From Nitratidesulfovibrio vulgaris str. Hildenborough (lineage in GTDB: Bacteria; Desulfobacterota; Desulfovibrionia; Desulfovibrionales; Desulfovibrionaceae), in NCBI RefSeq assembly GCF_000195755.1, contig NC_002937.3, positions 3,510,001 through 3,542,000 on the forward strand: a stretch of DNA of 32,000 nucleotides, given 5' to 3'. Numbering within the stretch: the stretch's first letter is position 1; each line of letters begins with the position of its first letter. Below, one piece after another: positions 26,787 through 32,000 of this stretch. The position numbers and the translations under genes are program-made. The notes below the pieces were generated by a model that made no database searches, was not told the DNA's origin, and was given only the letters and a program-made list of their open reading frames with translations.

Positions 26787-27274
26787 TTCTTCACCTTTGC
26801 GTCATAGAGTGAGCGCTTGAGGCGGCTTATGCGGTCGATGAAGAGCGTACCGCCAAGGTGGTCGATCTCATGTTGCAGGCAGATGGCCAGCAGGCCGTCC
26901 GCATCCATGCAAACTTCATTGCCGTCAAGGTCGCGTGCCGTGAGTCGCACACGCTCATGCCGCTCGACCTTGGCGCGCAGGGCGGGGACGGAAAGGCACC
27001 CTTCCTCGGATTCGACCTTCTCGTCACCGAGAGGTTCGAGACGCGGGTTGATGAACGTCATGAGGCTTTCGCGCTTCTCGGGGCCGCTGACGTCGACCAC
27101 GATGAGGCGGCAATTGGCACCCACCTGCGGTGCGGCGAGGCCGATGCCGTCCTCGCGGTACATGGTCTCGACCATGTCAGCCGCAAGTTGGCGGATATCG
27201 TCGGTTATCTCGTCGATGTCGTCGCACTCGATGGCGAGGCGCTCATCGGGGTATTTGAGGACTTCCCTGATCAT
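26759..27274 (-). CDS. def: Peptide deformylase
   Basis: I trimmed the start to the ATG at 27274 (MIREVLKYPDERL...). All three motifs are present: GIGLAAPQ, EGCLS and HEIDH. Confidence 0.95.
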   Translation of the reverse strand: MIREVLKYPDERLAIECDDIDEITDDIRQLAADMVETMYREDGIGLAAPQVGANCRLIVVDVSGPEKRESLMTFINPRLEPLGDEKVESEEGCLSVPALRAKVERHERVRLTARDLDGNEVCMDADGLLAICLQHEIDHLGGTLFIDRISRLKRSLYDAKVKKWLKARRSR

Positions 27275-27539
27275 GCGTGCTTCCGTGTAAAGGTTTGAGG
27301 TGGGACAATAAGGCAGGGTAGGGCAAACGGCAAGGCGGGGCCGGCAGGGCAAGCCGGCGATGCCGTCGGGCGGATGCGGCCGTGCAGGGGTGAAACGGCA
27401 GGGAATGCGCCCACCGCACCACGCTCGACAAGCGTAGGCACTGCGGAAAATGCAAAGGACAGGGCCCGGCGGTCATGCACCCGGATGCGCCCATACCAGT
27501 CAGAAAGCCCCCTCCACTGGAGCCCCCCCCGATGCGAAA

Positions 27540-27560
27540 GGGGCGGCACATGGCCGCCCC
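27540..27560 (-). terminator. Probable terminator after aspS
   Basis: GGGGCGGC-ACATG-GCCGCCCC forms an 8-bp GC stem 17 nt downstream of the aspS stop. On the minus strand it is followed by TTTCGCATC. Confidence 0.6.
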
Positions 27561-27576
27561 CTGCGAACTTGCTAGG

Positions 27577-29409
27577 CTATTCGGGCTTCTGTTCCTGCGG
27601 CGTCTCGCGCAGGCGGATGCCGAGGTCGCGCAACTGGCGCGCACTCACGGCGTCGGGTGCCTGCGTCATGAGGCAGGTCGCCTTCTGCGTCTTCGGGAAG
27701 GCGATGACGTCGCGGATGGAGGGCGAACCGGTGAGGAGCATCACCAGACGATCCATGCCGAAGGCGATGCCGCCGTGGGGCGGTGCGCCATGCTCGAGGG
27801 CCTGAATGAGGAAGCCGAACTTCTCTTCCGCCTCTTGCGGGTCGAGGCCCAGCGCGGCAAACATGCGGCGCTGCACTTCGGCGGAGTGGATGCGGATGGA
27901 ACCGCCGCCCAACTCGTAACCGTTGAGCACCATGTCATACGCACGGGCGCGGGCTGCCGCCGGGTCGCTGGTCATGAGGTCGAAATGGCCGTCCTTGGGC
28001 GAGGTGAAGGGGTGGTGGCATGCCACGTACCGCTTCTCCTCCTCGTCGTATTCGAACAGCGGGAAGTCGGTAACCCACAGGAAGTTGTAGGTGTCTTCGG
28101 GGATGAGACCGAGGTGCTGGCCGAGCTTCACGCGCAGGTTGCCGAGCGCGGCGTTGACCATGCCCGGTTCGCCAGCCTGGAAGAAGACGATGTCGCCCAC
28201 TTCGAGGCCGAGGGCGGCCACGAGCGCGGCACGTTCAGCCTCGGAAAGGAACTTGGCGATGGGCGACTGCCATTCGCCTTCGCGGATCTTGATCCATGCA
28301 AGGCCCTGTGCGCCATAGATCTTCACGAATTCGGTGAACTCGTCGATCTCCTTGCGGGTCATGGTCTCGCCACCGGGAACCCGCATGGCCTTGACCAACG
28401 GTGCCTTGGCGAAGAGCTTGAACTCGGACCCGCGCACGGCGTCGGTGACGTCCTTGAGGCGCAGGTCGAAACGGGTGTCGGGCTTGTCGACGCCGTACTC
28501 GCCCATGGCCTGATCATAGGTCATGCGCGGGAAGGGCACCGTGACATCCACGCCGAGCGTGTCTTTCATGACGCGGGACATGAGACCCTCGGCCATGGAC
28601 ATGACGCGCTCCTCGTCGACGAAGCTCATCTCGATGTCTATCTGGGTGAACTCGAGCTGGCGGTCGGCGCGCATGTCCTCGTCACGGAAGCAGCGCACGA
28701 TCTGGTAGTACCTGTCCATGCCGGAGACCATGAGCAGCTGCTTGAAAATCTGGGGCGACTGCGGCAGGGCGTAGAACATGCCGTGGTTCAGGCGGCTGGG
28801 CACGAGGAAGTCGCGCGCACCTTCGGGCGTGGCCTTGGTGAGGTACGGCGTCTCGATTTCGAGGAAATCGAGTTCGTCGAGGTAGCGGCGTGCCGACTGG
28901 GCAGCGCGGTGACGCAGCATGAAATTGCGGGCCATGCGCGGACGGCGCAGGTCGAGGTACCGCCACGCAAGACGCAGGTTCTCGCTGGCCTCGGTACGGT
29001 CTTCGATGAGGAAGGGCGGGGTCTTGGAGGTGTTGAGCAGCTTCCATTCGCTGACAACCACTTCAATCTCGCCGGTCTTCATGCCCGGGTTGGTCATGCC
29101 CTCGGGACGGGGACGAACGCGCCCGCGGATGGCGAGAACGTATTCGCTGCGTACGATGTGGGCGTCCTTGTGGGCCTCGGGCGCGAAGTCGGGGCTGAAG
29201 ACGACCTGCGTCAGGCCCTTGCGGTCGCGCAGGTCGACGAAGATGAGCCCGCCGTGGTCGCGGCGGTACTGCACCCATCCCATGATGCACACGTCGTTGC
29301 CCACGTCTGCGGCGGTGAGTTCACAGCACGAGTGGGTGCGCTGCCAGTCGCCCAGCGGGGCGACGTACTGCTGATGTTCCAGCTGGATGTCGGCAATCTG
29401 GTCGCTCAT
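27577..29409 (-). CDS. aspS: Aspartyl-tRNA synthetase (bacterial type)
   Basis: The 610-aa ORF has class II aaRS motifs (FRDEDMRADRQ, GGGSIRIH, GIAFGMDRL) and an AAGGA SD. It starts 18 nt after the hisS stop. Confidence 0.97.
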   Translation of the reverse strand: MSDQIADIQLEHQQYVAPLGDWQRTHSCCELTAADVGNDVCIMGWVQYRRDHGGLIFVDLRDRKGLTQVVFSPDFAPEAHKDAHIVRSEYVLAIRGRVRPRPEGMTNPGMKTGEIEVVVSEWKLLNTSKTPPFLIEDRTEASENLRLAWRYLDLRRPRMARNFMLRHRAAQSARRYLDELDFLEIETPYLTKATPEGARDFLVPSRLNHGMFYALPQSPQIFKQLLMVSGMDRYYQIVRCFRDEDMRADRQLEFTQIDIEMSFVDEERVMSMAEGLMSRVMKDTLGVDVTVPFPRMTYDQAMGEYGVDKPDTRFDLRLKDVTDAVRGSEFKLFAKAPLVKAMRVPGGETMTRKEIDEFTEFVKIYGAQGLAWIKIREGEWQSPIAKFLSEAERAALVAALGLEVGDIVFFQAGEPGMVNAALGNLRVKLGQHLGLIPEDTYNFLWVTDFPLFEYDEEEKRYVACHHPFTSPKDGHFDLMTSDPAAARARAYDMVLNGYELGGGSIRIHSAEVQRRMFAALGLDPQEAEEKFGFLIQALEHGAPPHGGIAFGMDRLVMLLTGSPSIRDVIAFPKTQKATCLMTQAPDAVSARQLRDLGIRLRETPQEQKPE

Positions 29410-29427
29410 GACGTATCCTTCGAGGGC

Positions 29428-30681
29428 TTACGCGCCCGCTGCGAGAAGACGGGCCGCGACGGCATCGCGCCCGATGGTTTCCTGTTCGCCGGAGTCCATG
29501 TCCTTGACCACGACGGTACCTGCGGCGAGTTCATCGCCACCGAGGATGAGACACGCGCGCGCGCCGGACTTTCCGGCGAGGCGCATACGGCTTTTGATGC
29601 TGCCCGCGCCGAAGCCGACGCTTCCGGTGAGGCCCTGCGCACGCAGGTCTTCAGCCAGAAGAAGGGCGGCGTCCTGCGCTGCGGGGTCGAGCACCGCCAC
29701 ATGGAAGTGGGGCCGGGGGGCATCTGCACCGGGCATCATGAGCGCAAGACGCTCCATGCCGCAGGCGAAGCCGACACCGGGCACGTCAGGCCCGCCAAGC
29801 TGGGAGATGAGACCGTCATACCGACCGCCCCCCGCCACGGAACCCTGCGAACCGATGGAGTCGGAGACCACCTCGAAGGTGGTGCGGTTGTAGTAGTCCA
29901 GCCCGCGCACGAGGCGGTCGTTCAGCACGTAGGGCACGTTGCGGCTGTCGAGGATGCGCAGCACCGCGTCGAAGTGGGTGCGGCATTCGGGACAGTTGTG
30001 TTCGAGGATGGTGGGGGCGTTGGCCGTCAGTTCGCGACAACCGGGCACCTTGCAGTCGAGCACACGCAACGGGTTGGTCTCCATACGACGGCGGCAGTCC
30101 TCGCAGAGGGCCGCATTGTCGATGGAGGCGAGAAAGTCGGAGAGCGCCTTGCGGTAGAGCGGGCGGCATTCCTTGCAGCCGAGGGAATTGATCTGGAGCG
30201 AGAGTCCCGTCAGACCCAGTTCCGTCAGAAAGCGCATGAGCATCAGCACCAGTTCGGCATCGGCATGGGGTTCGACAGGGCCGAGCACTTCGCAGTTGAT
30301 CTGGTGGAACTGGCGCATACGCCCCTTCTGGGGACGTTCGTAGCGGAACATGGGGCCGGAGGTGAACAGCTTGGAGACGGGCTCCTGCGTGTGCCTGCCG
30401 CTTTCGATGTAGGCACGCATGACCCCCGCAGTGGCTTCCGGACGCATGGTCAGCGAACGATCCTTGCGGTCGGGGAAGGTGTACATCTCCTTCTGCACCA
30501 CATCGGTCTCGGTGCCGATGGAACGGCAGAAGAGGTCGGTGCGTTCGAGGATGGGGGTACGCAACTCGACAAAGCCGTACCTGCCGAAGACCTGCCGCGC
30601 GACAGACTCCATACGCGTGAAGACGTCGCTCTCGGGCGGAAAGAGATCCGCGAAACCCTTAATCTTGGTGATCTTGCTCAT
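29428..30681 (-). CDS. hisS: Histidyl-tRNA synthetase
   Basis: The 417-aa ORF contains KGFADLFPPES, MFRYERPQKGRMRQFHQ and GGGRYDGL motifs. Confidence 0.97.
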   Translation of the reverse strand: MSKITKIKGFADLFPPESDVFTRMESVARQVFGRYGFVELRTPILERTDLFCRSIGTETDVVQKEMYTFPDRKDRSLTMRPEATAGVMRAYIESGRHTQEPVSKLFTSGPMFRYERPQKGRMRQFHQINCEVLGPVEPHADAELVLMLMRFLTELGLTGLSLQINSLGCKECRPLYRKALSDFLASIDNAALCEDCRRRMETNPLRVLDCKVPGCRELTANAPTILEHNCPECRTHFDAVLRILDSRNVPYVLNDRLVRGLDYYNRTTFEVVSDSIGSQGSVAGGGRYDGLISQLGGPDVPGVGFACGMERLALMMPGADAPRPHFHVAVLDPAAQDAALLLAEDLRAQGLTGSVGFGAGSIKSRMRLAGKSGARACLILGGDELAAGTVVVKDMDSGEQETIGRDAVAARLLAAGA

Positions 30682-30801
30682 GATACGCCGCCAGTCTTCG
30701 GAGTGTCGTCCGCACGCGCGAAGGCGCGCACGTCACGAGGCGCGCAAGGTGCGCGAAAACGGTAATCTGTAGTCCAAGGCGGACGTGTTGTCAAAAGGCT
30801 G

Positions 30802-31590
30802 TCAAGAGGAAAGGTCGCGCCCGTGGCCCGTGCGTCCCACGACCGTGGGGGGGCATACACGCATGGGTGCGGTCTTGCGTGTGGTGAGCAGCAGCGGGGT
30901 CACGGGCAACCCGCGCCCGGTGTCGACGCGCAGGGCGAGATACGCCCCGAAGGGGTTGAGCGCGATGCCACGGTTGCACAGGTTGAACAGGGTGCCTTCG
31001 CGCCATGTGCACGAAGGGGCGTGCAGCACGGTGCGCCACGTCACCGCGCAGCCTCCGCAGCCTTGCCGCACGAGGCGCAGCATCTCGGGCAGCGAACGCC
31101 AGCGGGCCTGCCGCAGCCTGCTTGAACTGCCGGGCATCGGCACACCATGCGAAAGATAGTAGGGCGACCAGCGGTTGAGCACGGCGACAAGCACCCCACG
31201 CGCGGCGACGCGGAATGCCTCGGCCAGCACGGCTGCGGCATCATCGACGAATTCGAGCACGTTGAGCAGCGTCACATAGTCGAACGCATTGTCCTCGAAG
31301 GGAAGATGGTCGCCCACGCCAAGGTGGAAGTCGGCGCGCGGCCCGAGGCGCGACCGTGCCGCGGCCAGCATGTCGGGGCTGGCGTCGAGGCCCGTCACGT
31401 CGAAGCCGCTTTCCCAGAAGTACTCGAGAAAGATGCCGGGGCCGCAGCCCACATCGAGCAGCGAATGCCCGCGGCGCGGCCATCCCGAGACGAGATGCTG
31501 CAAGAGACGGCGCTCATGCCGTAGCGCGAAGGCACCGGCAGGGGTGTCGGCCCAGTCGAGGAAGCTTTTCACGTCTTCGGCGTTCCACAT
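30802..31590 (-). CDS. Class I SAM-dependent methyltransferase (Methyltransf_11-like)
   Basis: The 262-aa ORF has SAM motif I (LLDVGCGPGIF), post-I (DVTGLDASPDM) and a FDYVTLLNVLEFV block. The substrate is unknown. Confidence 0.8.
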   Translation of the reverse strand: MWNAEDVKSFLDWADTPAGAFALRHERRLLQHLVSGWPRRGHSLLDVGCGPGIFLEYFWESGFDVTGLDASPDMLAAARSRLGPRADFHLGVGDHLPFEDNAFDYVTLLNVLEFVDDAAAVLAEAFRVAARGVLVAVLNRWSPYYLSHGVPMPGSSSRLRQARWRSLPEMLRLVRQGCGGCAVTWRTVLHAPSCTWREGTLFNLCNRGIALNPFGAYLALRVDTGRGLPVTPLLLTTRKTAPMRVCPPTVVGRTGHGRDLSS

Positions 31591-32000
31591 GGCGGAGTGT
31601 CACCTTGTTGGCGTGCAGAAAGGGCGGGAATGCGATTGCAGCATGGGTCTGACAGGACACCAGCACGGTTTCAGCCCGAAGGGCCGCCAGAGATGACCGT
31701 CAGCCGCTGGCCCCGGGGCAGGGCCAGCCAGTTACGGGATGAACATACCCCAAAGCCACGACGTCGCAAAGGGGAGGCGGCATGCCACGCCACAGGGGGT
31801 GCAGGGCCACCCCGCCCCGGTATCATGGCCCAGCCTTGCACGGAGTCCTGCCCCACGGCGGGCATGACCAGAGGGACGCGTCGACCGGGAAGGAGGGTCA
31901 CACGACGCGAAGACCGGGCATGTGCTGCCATGGACCGGCACGACCTCGTACTGGGGCTGCCTGTCGGCGTCACAATGGGGACGTCGACCGATGCAGAGGC

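Noticed and set aside
27523-27530. A C8 homopolymer tract beside the aspS terminator, considered as a phase-variation switch
   Set aside because: It is intergenic. It does not lie within a coding frame or within an identifiable -35/-10 spacer, and nothing else suggests contingency behaviour.
27475-30765. A 1096-aa plus-strand ORF, the longest in the track
   Set aside because: It lies exactly antisense to aspS plus hisS, both of which carry unmistakable class II aaRS motifs. Its composition (rich in G, A, V, H, E, R and L, with no motifs) is typical of shadow ORFs in high-GC DNA, where antisense frames lack stop codons.
31591-31731. An in-frame TGA three codons upstream of the methyltransferase ATG, raising the idea of a selenocysteine-containing N-terminal extension
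   Set aside because: The upstream frame is closed by a TAA at 31732, and the possible extension has no homology signal. I see no convincing SECIS-like hairpin just downstream of the TGA.
31591-32000. Three mutually overlapping open frames at the right edge: two on the minus strand, and one on the plus strand from the ATG at 31693
   Set aside because: By my hand count, two of the frames (the plus frame from 31693 and the minus frame ending at 31671) have similar GC3 of about 70%. All three translations are rich in Arg, Pro and Gly and have no motifs. I cannot tell which frame, if any, is real without the sequence beyond the window.
1-32000. A scan for tRNA, rRNA, CRISPR arrays, IS elements, integrases or defence genes
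   Set aside because: I saw no tRNA T-arm signatures (GGTTCGAATCC-like), no spaced direct-repeat arrays, and no transposase, integrase, nuclease or ATPase ORFs outside the housekeeping genes listed.

Overview
This is a high-GC chromosomal window whose gene content and order look like a Desulfovibrio-type (Desulfovibrionaceae) genome. That assignment is from memory, not from a search. It is probably origin-proximal, because parA, parB and three parS-like sites are present.

Gene order, left to right:
- Minus strand: a split KdpD sensor (a partial membrane-protein gene plus a stand-alone KdpD-N/Usp gene), then kdpC, kdpB, kdpA and a 29-aa kdpF that is absent from the ORF track. A sigma-54-type promoter sits upstream of kdpF.
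- An AT-rich divergent intergenic region of about 520 bp.
- An orphan tadE-tadE-tadG pseudopilin-like trio.
- A 96-aa coiled-coil protein.
- A four-subunit 2-oxoacid:ferredoxin oxidoreductase in oorDABC order, then queA.
- A lipoprotein, coaBC and an overlapping hypothetical gene.
- An SPFH/band-7 protein and a UDP-sugar 4-epimerase.
- A 737-bp non-coding gap carrying an 8-copy heptamer repeat and two parS sites.
- parA, a convergent Zn-ribbon ORF, parB, a heptose-7-phosphate kinase and a third parS.
- A DUF1992 protein, the def-fmt-DUF116-rsmB cluster, hisS-aspS and a class I methyltransferase.

I found no rRNA, tRNA, CRISPR array, transposase, integrase or recognisable defence gene. Most of the window is housekeeping, and I see no compelling multi-gene novel system.

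The best leads are:
- the Zn-ribbon ORF that splits parA from parB;
- the G-quadruplex-capable heptamer repeat next to the parS sites;
- the kdp control region, with a sigma-54 promoter and a perfect 17-bp palindrome;
- the orphan Tad pseudopilin trio behind an AT-rich island;
- a protein with a degenerate UDG-like C-terminal domain that overlaps coaBC.

Many long ORFs in the track are antisense shadow ORFs typical of high-GC DNA, and I did not call them.
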